From the IMG/VR virus record IMGVR_UViG_3300025141_000001: a stretch of DNA of 20,000 bases, one strand, 5' to 3'. This stretch comes from an uncultured virus (IMG/VR IMGVR_UViG_3300025141_000001). Its lineage: Duplodnaviria > Heunggongvirae > Uroviricota > Caudoviricetes. Shown piece after piece: positions 1 to 9,475 of the stretch. The first letter of the stretch is position 1, and each line of letters opens with the position of its first letter. Under the pieces are notes generated by a model. It was given only the letters and a program-made list of their open reading frames with translations. It made no database searches and had not been told where the DNA came from. The translations under genes and the position numbers were made by a program.

Positions 1-396
1 TATTCCCCTAATAAAAGGTTAATTACTGCCATGCAGGATACCCATGTCTTTGCCTACCCATCTATCTGGGAAGAGACATCTTGTATTTCTGCTATCGAAG
101 CCATGGCTGCAGGAAATATTCCTTTGGTCACTAATTTTGGAGCGTTGCCCGAGACGTGTGGAGACTATGGATTTTATGTTCCTTATGATACCAACCCTCA
201 AACGTTAGCCCGAGAGTACGCGGCCTATCTAGAATATATTAAAAGAATTTTACCTACTGAAGCTATGCAACAACAAATAGAAAATCAAAGACAGCATTTC
301 ATTCATTTTTATAGTTGGGATCAACGTATTAAAGAATGGATAGCTTTTTTAAATAATGCTCTTCAAGCAAAAGGAATTTCTCATGAAGCCGGGTGA
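1..396 (+). CDS. GT-B fold (GT4-like) glycosyltransferase, C-terminal part, 5'-truncated by the window edge
   Basis: Frame is open from base 1 (YSPNKRLITAMQDTH...), so the ATG at 31 is probably internal. Contains FAYPSIWEETSCISAIEAMAAG, the E-x7-E nucleotide-sugar-binding signature of GT4 enzymes, followed by GALPET. Confidence 0.85.
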   Translation, partial: YSPNKRLITAMQDTHVFAYPSIWEETSCISAIEAMAAGNIPLVTNFGALPETCGDYGFYVPYDTNPQTLAREYAAYLEYIKRILPTEAMQQQIENQRQHFIHFYSWDQRIKEWIAFLNNALQAKGISHEAG

Positions 397-1234
397 AGGT
401 ATTCTAACTCAAGAAGCGTTTAAAGGCACTAAACTTCATCCTCAAAACACTATTGATGGAACTAAACTATTGGACCAACCGGAGATTAAGATTGAAGAAA
501 ATTCTTTATTTATAGTGACTCCTTGTATGGGAACACTTATGTTATCTTACGTTAAATCTTTATTGGAACTTCAAACCATTTGTTTTCATAAAGGTATTTC
601 TACTAAAGTTCATATGGTTCAATCCTCTTTGGTAACTCAGGGAAGGAACCTATGTGTGCAGGCTTTTTTAAATTCCCGTATGTCTCATATGTTATTTGTA
701 GATTCAGATATTGAATTTGATCCTACTTCTATTCCTACGATGATGGACTTTGATAAGGATATTGTTTTAACTCCTTACCCAATGAAGGTGTTTAATTGGG
801 ACAAGGCAAGAAAGGTAGCTCAAAAATCAGGGAAACCTATTGAAGAATGTCCTCATCTTTATTGTATAGATTTTCCAGATAATAATAATATTGAAAGTAA
901 AGGTGGATTAGTTGAAATTGTAAAGGGCCCTGCCGGCTGTATGTTGATTAAAAGAACTGTATTTGAAAAGCTTATTAAGGCTTATCCCAATAAAAGAATT
1001 AAACAAACTCAACTTATTAATGGTCTCATGGCCACCAGTGAAAACATTTATAACTTCTTCGATACCTATTTTGACCCTATTACTGGAGACTTTTTAGGCG
1101 AAGATTATGCCTTCTGTAAACTCTGGACAGACATAGGAGGTAAGATATATGCTAATGTAGACGCGTATATTACGCACTATGGAACCCATGGTTTTCGTGG
1201 AAGATTCATTGACGAAGGCAAAAAAGTAAAGTAA
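383..1234 (+). CDS. GT-A fold (GT2-like) phage glycosyltransferase
   Basis: Motifs SSLVTQGRN, MLFVDSD (DxD), GPAGCMLIKR, GEDYAFC and a late His (ITHYG). Start placed at ATG 383 because AAGGA (371-375) precedes it. The ORF track starts at 356. Confidence 0.8.
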   Translation: MKPGEGILTQEAFKGTKLHPQNTIDGTKLLDQPEIKIEENSLFIVTPCMGTLMLSYVKSLLELQTICFHKGISTKVHMVQSSLVTQGRNLCVQAFLNSRMSHMLFVDSDIEFDPTSIPTMMDFDKDIVLTPYPMKVFNWDKARKVAQKSGKPIEECPHLYCIDFPDNNNIESKGGLVEIVKGPAGCMLIKRTVFEKLIKAYPNKRIKQTQLINGLMATSENIYNFFDTYFDPITGDFLGEDYAFCKLWTDIGGKIYANVDAYITHYGTHGFRGRFIDEGKKVK

Positions 1235-1303
1235 TACTATAAGATACAGGGATTTTTCAGGATTTCCCTTCAACCTGCTTGCATACATTTACAAGGAATT
1301 TAT

Positions 1304-3217
1304 ATGGGATTATTTAAATCTATAGGAAAAATCGCTCGAAGTATCACTAAACCACTTAAGAAGGTCGTTAAAAGTCCTTTAGGGAAAGCGGCTTTATTAG
1401 CTGGTATAGGTATCTATGGACCTAAAATGTTTGGTACTCCTAATGTAGGATTCAAAGGAGGATGGGGTCAACTCGCAGGTAAATTACCTCCATGGTTATA
1501 TACACCTGGGGTGGAAGATCCCATAAGTGGTAGTCTGAAGAATAGCATTCCAGCCAAAGGAGTTCTTCCAGCAATTGGAAAATTTGCTAAGAGCCCTGCA
1601 GGAATAGCTACGCTGGTAGGTGGAACAGCGTTAGCCGCTGCACCAAAATTAGAAGAGAAAATTGATATCGATGTAGACAGTGCAAAAGGAGATACAGATT
1701 ACCGAGCACTGGCAGAATACTATGAACCTGAATGGACCCAATGGTTGATTGATCAAGGTTACAGTGCAGAAGATGCATCACGAATGGCTAATCAAAGATT
1801 GTTCAGTTCTCAAGGTGGAAGAATAGGATTTCGTGTAGGTGGAGGCAAAGGTATGTCTGAAACTGAAGATACTGGAATGCCTGTTGGTAGCTCGGGGGCT
1901 AATTATGGTGGTGGAAATACTGGAGGAGAAGGTAGAAGCAGAATTCAAAGTGAAAGACAAGCAGATTTTACAGCCAATCCAAAAAATTATAGAACCGTAG
2001 ATCGTGGTGGCCACTTACCTAATCGAGGTGGAATTTTCGGCAACGTTAGATCTAATCTGATAAGAGGCAGAGCCGAAAGAGAATTACTGAATCGAATGGG
2101 TTTAGCCAATCGAGGAAACCTATGGGGTATCCTTGGGAAAAAATCTCCAGATTTATGGGCTCGTCAAACCGGCAATCCTCATTTAGAGTATAGCGAAGAA
2201 GACATTAATAGAATTACAGAAGTTCAAGATTATTTTAAGCAAGGACAAGGAAATTTTAATATAACTCAAGATCAATACTATGATATTTTTCCCAGAGATA
2301 AACCTCCCATCGATACCGGTGGTGGTGGAGAAGGACAACCTTACATCTGGCCTCATGGAAATGTAGGGGCAGTATCCTCTGCGGTTACGCAAAACCCAGC
2401 AGGCGATGGAGATTATTATGGGTTTAAAGAATGGGCTGATTGGGAAGGTCAACCGACCACTCCCATGTTTGGAGGAGATAAATATAGAGGAGTTTTAGCT
2501 AGCAAAGGCGGAAGAATAGGATTGTATCTCGGCGGAATGGGTGCTATGAATCAAGGTATGAATCCAATGACAATGAACCAAGGTATAGGAGCAATGAATC
2601 CGATGGGCTCTATAAGAAGCCAGATGAGGGGAAGACCTATGATGGGCCAAGATCCACGTATGGCTCAAATGAATCAACGACAAAATATTAATACAGGTAT
2701 TCAACAGGTGGCTAGACCCCCTAAAGAATCCGAAGACACAGAACTTCTTCAACTCATTAAACTTTTAACTTCTATGGGTATTCCTATGGAACAATTAAGA
2801 GGAAGAACTAAAGATGAGTTGGTAGAGATGGCTGTAGCTCTTAAAGGAAAAACTCAAGGCGGTAGAGACGTTACCGAAACTGCAGAAGTTATTGAAGAAG
2901 AAGATGTTAGAGAACAAAATCAAGCCGCGGGTGGTGGACTGATGAGAACCGGTTATGCAATGGGTTCTTCTCAATTTGGAATGGGAACAGAACACCCAAT
3001 CATTCCTGATAAAGATGGTCCTCAATTAGATATGAGAGACAGTGGGGGTTATCAACCTCATGGTAAAAAAGAAAAACACGATGATGTAAGAGCACTACTT
3101 GCTCAAGGAGAATTTGTTATGACGTCCGATGCTGTTAAAGGTATGGGCGGAGGCGACCGAGAACTCGGCGCGAAAAAAATGTATGATTTAATGCACAGCA
3201 TGGAGGCGATGGCATAA
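1304..3217 (+). CDS. Putative internal virion/ejection protein, modular, 637 aa
   Basis: RBS AAGGA at 1293-1297. Basic amphipathic N-terminus, Gly-rich, repeated GGRIG motifs, and a C-terminal DDVRALLAQGEFVMTSDAV block of the type I recall from phage virion/tape-measure-like proteins. First gene of a coupled operon. Confidence 0.6.
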   Translation: MGLFKSIGKIARSITKPLKKVVKSPLGKAALLAGIGIYGPKMFGTPNVGFKGGWGQLAGKLPPWLYTPGVEDPISGSLKNSIPAKGVLPAIGKFAKSPAGIATLVGGTALAAAPKLEEKIDIDVDSAKGDTDYRALAEYYEPEWTQWLIDQGYSAEDASRMANQRLFSSQGGRIGFRVGGGKGMSETEDTGMPVGSSGANYGGGNTGGEGRSRIQSERQADFTANPKNYRTVDRGGHLPNRGGIFGNVRSNLIRGRAERELLNRMGLANRGNLWGILGKKSPDLWARQTGNPHLEYSEEDINRITEVQDYFKQGQGNFNITQDQYYDIFPRDKPPIDTGGGGEGQPYIWPHGNVGAVSSAVTQNPAGDGDYYGFKEWADWEGQPTTPMFGGDKYRGVLASKGGRIGLYLGGMGAMNQGMNPMTMNQGIGAMNPMGSIRSQMRGRPMMGQDPRMAQMNQRQNINTGIQQVARPPKESEDTELLQLIKLLTSMGIPMEQLRGRTKDELVEMAVALKGKTQGGRDVTETAEVIEEEDVREQNQAAGGGLMRTGYAMGSSQFGMGTEHPIIPDKDGPQLDMRDSGGYQPHGKKEKHDDVRALLAQGEFVMTSDAVKGMGGGDRELGAKKMYDLMHSMEAMA

Positions 3218-4119
3218 TGGCTGAAACAACTACACAGATAACAAGACCAGCACCCTTTATAGAAACGTTAGGTAAAACGTTTGGTGAAGGTGTTGCAAGA
3301 CTCGGTGCTAAACCGATTGATACTACAAAATTTCAACCAACCGTAGCAGCTCAAGGAGCTCTAGGACAAGCAGCTCAACAAGCTGCAGCAACTCAAGCTG
3401 GTTTAGGAACTTTAGCTTTTGATGCAACGACAGGAGCTGTAACAGGAGTCGGAGCAGGAACAGGAGTTGCCGGTTATCAACCCTTTTTAGATCAAGCCGC
3501 AGCTTTAAGAGGACCAGGCGCTGGAACAGGTGCAGGTTCTGTTTCAGAATACATGAGTCCTTACACGACGAATGTTATTCAAGCGATGAGAGATGAAATG
3601 GCTGATGTTAAAGCACAACAAGATATGGCTCGTAATGCTCAGGCCGTAGGCGCTGGAGCTTTTGGTGGAGCAAGACAAGGAATTCAACAAGCCGTAGCCG
3701 ACACAGAATATAATCAAGCCGTTGCTAACATGGTAGCTCAACAACAAGGCATGGCTTATCAACAAGCCGTAGGAGCAAGAGCTGCTGATCAACAAATGAA
3801 TTTAGGACTGGCTCAACTTCAACCTCAATTAGCAGGTCAGAATGTTCAAAACGTAATGGGCATCGGTCAACAAGAACAACAATATAGACAAGCGCTAGCA
3901 GATACTTTAGCTCAACAACAAAAATTATCATTGTATGAACCTTACCAACGTTATGGATTCATGGGTGAACAACTTACTGGTTTAATGGGTGGTTACCCTG
4001 GAGGAACTAGAATGACTAATCAACCATCGGCAAGTCCAATGTCTCAAGCATTAGGAATGGGGATCGCTGGAGGCTTAGGTTATGCTGGCATGAAGAACTT
4101 AGGAATGTTCGGAGGCTAA
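3217..4119 (+). CDS. Putative DNA ejection/transfer protein, Gln/Ala/Gly-rich, 300 aa
   Basis: TAATG stop/start overlaps at both ends. Q/A-rich helical region, YMSPY and GAFGGARQG motifs, and a hydrophobic Gly-rich C-terminus (ALGMGIAGGLGYAG), as in podovirus pilot proteins. Function inferred from composition and position. Confidence 0.55.
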   Translation: MAETTTQITRPAPFIETLGKTFGEGVARLGAKPIDTTKFQPTVAAQGALGQAAQQAAATQAGLGTLAFDATTGAVTGVGAGTGVAGYQPFLDQAAALRGPGAGTGAGSVSEYMSPYTTNVIQAMRDEMADVKAQQDMARNAQAVGAGAFGGARQGIQQAVADTEYNQAVANMVAQQQGMAYQQAVGARAADQQMNLGLAQLQPQLAGQNVQNVMGIGQQEQQYRQALADTLAQQQKLSLYEPYQRYGFMGEQLTGLMGGYPGGTRMTNQPSASPMSQALGMGIAGGLGYAGMKNLGMFGG

Positions 4120-5219
4120 TGAAAAAACCACACGTACTTAATAGACCAATGTTTACCAAAGGTGGAATCTCTGCCTACGGGAAAGGTATAGCTTCTAACT
4201 TAGTCACTGAAGAACAAAGACAAAGATTTAATTATGGTGGGAGAGTTGGATTAGTCGGAGGAGGAAATTGGTGGGATGATATAGATTACACGAGTACGCG
4301 CTATATGCCAATCGAGCCAGAGTATACGGGTATAACTTCTGGGGGACGATTTGATTATAAAGAAGGCGATAAAGATAAATGGGTATACCCTAAGCGTGCA
4401 GATACTTTTGATTTAGCTTTAGAAAATAGAGCTCAATTGGAACAAAAAAATATCCCTCTAAAATTAAGAAAATCGGCTGATGAACTTTATAATCTCGACA
4501 AGACGAGGGACGAAGCCATAGCCGCTGATTGGCAAAAAGAAGGCGGAGATACTCAAGTCTTTGATCGGGATGAGTTAGAAATGGCTAGAAAAAGAATCGA
4601 AGGTAAAAGAGATTTAGCAACGATGCCTGACTCCGACACCATGGAAGCTATGGATTGGGAAACTCTATTAGGGCCTACCGAAGAACAAAAGAAAAGAACT
4701 AAAGGTGAAGCTCAACTGGGCTTAGCTGCAGGAGCTCTTGATGTTTTTTCTCAACCCAGTATCGCTAAAGGAATGAAAGCGGCTAGTCCTCACCTATTAA
4801 ATTTAGGTAAGACAGCAACCGCGGATCAAAAAGCTAGAGACAAAGCTATCCTGCAAGGTAAAATTTTAGACAAAGTGTACCGAGGTCGAGAAGAAGAAAG
4901 AGGAATACAAACTAGAAAAAGTCAGGATGCAAAAGCAGGAGGAGATACTCCATCCAATCTATTTTGGGGAATTCTAGATGCGGCTCAAATAAAAAAAGGT
5001 AAAGCAAAAGACGTCGATTATGCCTACGCCTATGAAAGAGCATCAAACAAACCTACTCAGATTATAAAAAAAGAAGAAGACAAAGCAGCGATAGAAGCTA
5101 ATCCAGATCAATTTAAAGATACTGTATTTGTAATGGGCTCAAGCTTTTTACAAATTAATAAAAAGACAGGTCGCTTAGAAGACATTACAAAGGAAGTACT
5201 GGAAAGCTTCAAAGGGTAG
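4119..5219 (+). CDS. Putative internal virion protein, 366 aa
   Basis: Coupled to the upstream gene by TAATG. N-terminal RPMFTKGG and FNYGGRVG motifs, charged helical remainder. Lies between the pilot-like gene and the large ejection-like gene. Confidence 0.5.
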   Translation: MKKPHVLNRPMFTKGGISAYGKGIASNLVTEEQRQRFNYGGRVGLVGGGNWWDDIDYTSTRYMPIEPEYTGITSGGRFDYKEGDKDKWVYPKRADTFDLALENRAQLEQKNIPLKLRKSADELYNLDKTRDEAIAADWQKEGGDTQVFDRDELEMARKRIEGKRDLATMPDSDTMEAMDWETLLGPTEEQKKRTKGEAQLGLAAGALDVFSQPSIAKGMKAASPHLLNLGKTATADQKARDKAILQGKILDKVYRGREEERGIQTRKSQDAKAGGDTPSNLFWGILDAAQIKKGKAKDVDYAYAYERASNKPTQIIKKEEDKAAIEANPDQFKDTVFVMGSSFLQINKKTGRLEDITKEVLESFKG

Positions 5220-5225
5220 AGAAGC

Positions 5226-8200
5226 ATGGCTACTTATTTTGACCCTACCAAACTCAATTCCGCTGAAGAAAATAGTGATCCAAGTATCATAGGATCTATT
5301 GGTGCTGGTATAGCAACCGGTCTTATTAGAATACCTGAAGGTGCGGCTTCTTTATTTGCTAGTATTTACGACATCACTAATGACACGGACACAGCCACAG
5401 AAGTAGAAGAATGGTTTGATAAAAATGTCTATCAAAAATTAGGTGACATCGATGAGAAAGCAGAATCAACTACCGCTGGAAAAATAACAGCAGCCCTTGT
5501 TAACATTGGTATCCCTGGAGGATTGGCTTTTAGATATGGAACCAAGATGGCTAACTATGCCATTAAGAATGCCAAGGTTGGTAAATATTTTACTCTTAAT
5601 AATAAAGCCCTAGCAGACCAAGCCCAGAAGGCCATTGAACTAAATAAAAAAGGCAAGGTCTTTAAGTTTGGAGCTGGTGCAGTAACCGGTGGAGTAGCTG
5701 AAGGAGTTTTCGTTGGAGACGTTGAAGAGTTTGGAACGATTGGAGATTTATTAGGAGGACCGACAGCAGTCGATAGAGAATCCTCAACGGGAGGAAGAGA
5801 CCAAGCCACACGAGAAGTATTAAACAGAATTAAATTTGGAACTGAAGGAGCCTTACTCACAGGAGTGATTGGGGGTGCAGGTAATCTTATTAAACGAGTA
5901 GCAACCAGAGGAGATAAATTAAAGTACAGTAGAAGTTTAACCGATAGACTTCTTAATAAATTTTCATCCGGCTTTAGACCGAGAGGAGATCTCCCTGAAC
6001 AATTCTTTTTAACTAAAGGAGAACAAACAGGTAAGAGAGCTGCCGATTTAAATAGAGCCGTAGAACTTTCACGAAGAGTGGACATGGATATTGATCGTAT
6101 GTTTCCCGCGATGAAAAGAATGTTTGATAAGAGCACGAAGATGGAAAAAAATAAAATCTTAGCAGATCTTGAAGAGGTTATGTTTTCAGGCAAACCGGGC
6201 ATTGATAAAGCAGGTCGAGTCACTATGGGTGATATGGATGCTAAAATGTTAGAGTCCATTAAAGCAGCCATGATAAAAAAAGGAGCCAAGCCTGAGCACA
6301 TTGAAAATATCTTCGCCAACATAGGGATGATGAGAGATAAATGGGGTGATATGGCGACCTTAATTCAATCTAAACTTCCTTTAGAAGCTCAACCTACATT
6401 CAAAGATATCTTAGGAAGTCAATTTAAACAATGGATTGGAAGAACCTATGCGATCTTTGAAAATAAATCCGCCATTCCTTTTTTAAATTATAAACCTACG
6501 GAAGAAGCCTTTGAACGTGTGGTTAATATATTTTTAAGACAAAATAGAAGAGCCATTAACAGAGCTAAAGAAACACCAGGTGCAGTAGTACCGGACCCTT
6601 TAACTTATGAACAAGCGTCTACTCAGGTGGCTAATATTTTAAAAGATACTAAACAAGACACCAGTCTTTTAAAAATTCTTAAAGAAACAGAAGGCACACG
6701 AGCTCTTCGAACTCCATACTTTGATATCGATGCGAACTTTGTAAAGCAATCTGTAGCAGATGACTTAGTGAAGAAAGGGATCTTTGAAAAAAGATTAGAG
6801 CAAGCTGTTACTAAAGGAAAATATGCACGAATAGGAGCAGAAGGATTACCTGAACGAACGGTGATTGGAAAAGGAAGTAAAGCATTCAGAGAATTGTTTG
6901 GAGAAGTAAAAGATGTCAGACAAAAGATGCTACATGGAACAGAAAGACTTTCCATGGTGGCACGTAAATCAGAATTCTTACAGAAACTTGTGGATGATTC
7001 AGCTCAACGAATAACAGATGGAGGAAGAGGATACTTCTACGGAACTAAACAAGCAGCGGAAAGAGCGCTTGGAGGTAATGTTCCTGTTAAAAAATATGAA
7101 GCACCTGGAAGTCCATGGGGTGAAACAGCATCAGAGAATCCTTTGATGGCTGCTTTTCCTGATGGAGCTTGGGGTGATAAAGATTTAATGGATGCACTAA
7201 CCATTACCCAACAAAGATTAATTAATAATAAAACCATTAGCTTCCTCTATGATAGTTTATTTTTATTTCCTAAAGCTACATCACAGTTTGCTAAGACGGT
7301 ATTGTCACCGATCACTCATGCACGTAACTTCTTTAGTGCTGCAACCTTTCAAACAGCCAATGGAATTTGGTTTGAAAATCCTAAAGTTCTCGCAGCTGCA
7401 TGGCGAGATGCGATGGGTTCATTACAACCTCAAAACTTTGCACAGAATACTCCTGCCGCTCAAGAATTTTATAGAAAATTATTAAGATTAAGAGTTACTA
7501 ATTCAAACGTAAGAATGGGAGACATGTCAGCATTATTTAGAGACATGGCTGAAGGAAGAATGACTACCGATAAAACAGCGAAGATGATGCTTCAACCTAA
7601 ATGGTTTAAGAAGTTTGCTAAGTGGAGTCAGGATATGTATGTAGCGGAAGATGATTTCTGGAAAGGTAGTAACTGGATCATGGAAAGGTATCGATATAAC
7701 AATGCTTATAAAAGAGCATTTGATAGAGGACTCATTAAAGAGATGCCATCAGCAAACCAACTCGATGAGATGGCGGCTAACATTACACGGAACACAGTAC
7801 CTAATTATGAATACGTTCCTGAATTTATTAAAGCTTTAAGAAGAATGCCGGTAGGGAATTTCGTTTCCTTTCCTGCAGAAATTTTAAGAACAGGAACCAA
7901 CATTGTTCAACAAGCTATCAAAGAAATTAATGATCCTATTACAAGAGCAATAGGAATGAAAAGACTTGCTGGTTTTGCAGGCACAATGGCGGTTCTACCT
8001 CCGGCCATGGTGGGAATGTTTAAAACAATCTACGACATTACGTCGGATGAATTAGCCGCGATGAAACGATTCTTACCTGAATGGTCTAAGAACTCTACAA
8101 TCTTACCGATGAGAGATGAGGAAGGAAATTTAAAATACATCGACATGAGTCATGGCTTTGCTTACGACACATTAACTCGTCCAGTTCAAACAGTATTGAA

Positions 8201-9263
8201 TGCTGTAGCCGCTGGCGAAACTAATGAAGAAGCATTAATGGAAAGCTTTATGAAAGGACTAGCTACTTCCACAGCAGAATTAGGACAACCTTTCATTGCC
8301 GAATCCATTTGGACAGAAGCGATGTTGGATGTGTTAAGAGGTGGGGGTAAAACTAAAGACGGTAAAATTTTATATACGGATAAAACTCCCTATGGAGAAA
8401 GAGTCTCAGCGGTGATGGGTCACCTCGTAAGAGCACAAGCTCCATTCTCTTTACAACAAATGATTCGTTTAGGTTTTGCAGCTACTGGACAACCAAGTAG
8501 AACGGTAGGACCTTACACTGGAACAGGACAAACTTATGAATTAACGGATGAAGCTTTAGGTTTCACAGGGTATAGACCGGTACCCATTGATCCTGCTCGG
8601 AGCTTAGACTTTATGATGAGTGGATACCAAAGAGATATTAGGAATGCACGTAGAGAATTTAATGCTAAACTATTAAGAGGAGATCCGATCAGTCCTCAAG
8701 ATATTGTTGATAGATATATCATTGCTAACAAAGCTAAATGGGAATCAATGAAAGATATGTCTCTGGATTTAGAAGCAGGAAAAATTCTAGGAGTGGGCGA
8801 CGATAAATTAGATAACGTGTTGGGAAGAATCTCTAAAAAAGATGCCAATGCTTTAAGAGAAAATGAATTTATTCCATTTACTATTTCTCCAAATGTACAA
8901 GCAGTCTTCCAACAAAACGCAGATAATTTAGGAGTGGCAAATCCTTATGAGGAAGCAGAACCTGCCTTGGATAGTATGAAAGACCTGATGGAAGAGATGT
9001 CATTATCAATGCCAGAGTGGCCAGATCTAACAGAGTTATTTAATCTGTCTCCACCAGCAGCCACAGGAACTCCACTTAATACACCATCAGGAGCAGCTAC
9101 TTTAAACCCTACTATTTATAAGCGTCCTAGCTTAACTTTAGGCGCTGGCAACCAAGCTATGGGTGGACCAAATCAAGTATTGACACCTAATAGAATGGCA
9201 TTATTATCGCCCGAGGAACAGTTATATTATATGAGGAGGAACCAAAGGAATTTAATTACATGA
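5226..9263 (+). CDS. Large internal virion/ejection protein, positionally analogous to T7 gp16, 1345 aa
   Basis: Long uninterrupted ORF with Gly/Ala-rich hydrophobic N-terminal segments and a helical body containing NTVPNY...GNFVSFPAEILR. Last and largest gene of the small-medium-large series before the lysis genes. Confidence 0.6.
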   Translation: MATYFDPTKLNSAEENSDPSIIGSIGAGIATGLIRIPEGAASLFASIYDITNDTDTATEVEEWFDKNVYQKLGDIDEKAESTTAGKITAALVNIGIPGGLAFRYGTKMANYAIKNAKVGKYFTLNNKALADQAQKAIELNKKGKVFKFGAGAVTGGVAEGVFVGDVEEFGTIGDLLGGPTAVDRESSTGGRDQATREVLNRIKFGTEGALLTGVIGGAGNLIKRVATRGDKLKYSRSLTDRLLNKFSSGFRPRGDLPEQFFLTKGEQTGKRAADLNRAVELSRRVDMDIDRMFPAMKRMFDKSTKMEKNKILADLEEVMFSGKPGIDKAGRVTMGDMDAKMLESIKAAMIKKGAKPEHIENIFANIGMMRDKWGDMATLIQSKLPLEAQPTFKDILGSQFKQWIGRTYAIFENKSAIPFLNYKPTEEAFERVVNIFLRQNRRAINRAKETPGAVVPDPLTYEQASTQVANILKDTKQDTSLLKILKETEGTRALRTPYFDIDANFVKQSVADDLVKKGIFEKRLEQAVTKGKYARIGAEGLPERTVIGKGSKAFRELFGEVKDVRQKMLHGTERLSMVARKSEFLQKLVDDSAQRITDGGRGYFYGTKQAAERALGGNVPVKKYEAPGSPWGETASENPLMAAFPDGAWGDKDLMDALTITQQRLINNKTISFLYDSLFLFPKATSQFAKTVLSPITHARNFFSAATFQTANGIWFENPKVLAAAWRDAMGSLQPQNFAQNTPAAQEFYRKLLRLRVTNSNVRMGDMSALFRDMAEGRMTTDKTAKMMLQPKWFKKFAKWSQDMYVAEDDFWKGSNWIMERYRYNNAYKRAFDRGLIKEMPSANQLDEMAANITRNTVPNYEYVPEFIKALRRMPVGNFVSFPAEILRTGTNIVQQAIKEINDPITRAIGMKRLAGFAGTMAVLPPAMVGMFKTIYDITSDELAAMKRFLPEWSKNSTILPMRDEEGNLKYIDMSHGFAYDTLTRPVQTVLNAVAAGETNEEALMESFMKGLATSTAELGQPFIAESIWTEAMLDVLRGGGKTKDGKILYTDKTPYGERVSAVMGHLVRAQAPFSLQQMIRLGFAATGQPSRTVGPYTGTGQTYELTDEALGFTGYRPVPIDPARSLDFMMSGYQRDIRNARREFNAKLLRGDPISPQDIVDRYIIANKAKWESMKDMSLDLEAGKILGVGDDKLDNVLGRISKKDANALRENEFIPFTISPNVQAVFQQNADNLGVANPYEEAEPALDSMKDLMEEMSLSMPEWPDLTELFNLSPPAATGTPLNTPSGAATLNPTIYKRPSLTLGAGNQAMGGPNQVLTPNRMALLSPEEQLYYMRRNQRNLIT

Positions 9264-9472
9264 CCCCTAAAACTATAAGAGAAAATATTATCAGTCTACA
9301 AGGACACATCACAGGTATTAAAAGAGATGTGGCTAACATCAAGAACAATCATTTGAAACATATGCAGACACATATTCATGACTTGGGTGGCAAGATAGAC
9401 AAAATCTATTGGGTTCTTTTAGCGATGGTGGGGGCCATTGCCTTACAATTATTTCAGCATTTCCTAGCATAA
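9260..9472 (+). CDS. Small coiled-coil protein with C-terminal TM helix (XhlA-like/holin candidate)
   Basis: ATGA overlap with the upstream gene and AAGGA at 9246-9250. Heptad-like N-terminus (IKNNHLKH), then IYWVLLAMVGAIALQLF. Directly upstream of the endolysin. Confidence 0.6.
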   Translation: MTPKTIRENIISLQGHITGIKRDVANIKNNHLKHMQTHIHDLGGKIDKIYWVLLAMVGAIALQLFQHFLA

Positions 9473-9475
9473 TCT

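Noticed and set aside
1209..1277. Possible promoter TTGACG-N17-TAATAC and weak CAGG...CCTG / AGGGA...TCCCT pairing upstream of the virion operon
   Set aside because: The -10 match is poor and the stems are only 4-5 bp, so neither can be supported without comparative data.
3430..3790. GAGTG and QQAV peptide repeats, with repeated CAACAAGCCGTAG
   Set aside because: These are short coding repeats in a low-complexity protein with no repeat-spacer periodicity, so not a CRISPR array or a DGR template/variable repeat pair.
5555..6322. 255-aa antisense ORF, plus the other minus-strand ORFs lying over plus-strand genes
   Set aside because: They lie opposite well-supported genes, have no recognisable motifs, and are best explained as shadow frames.
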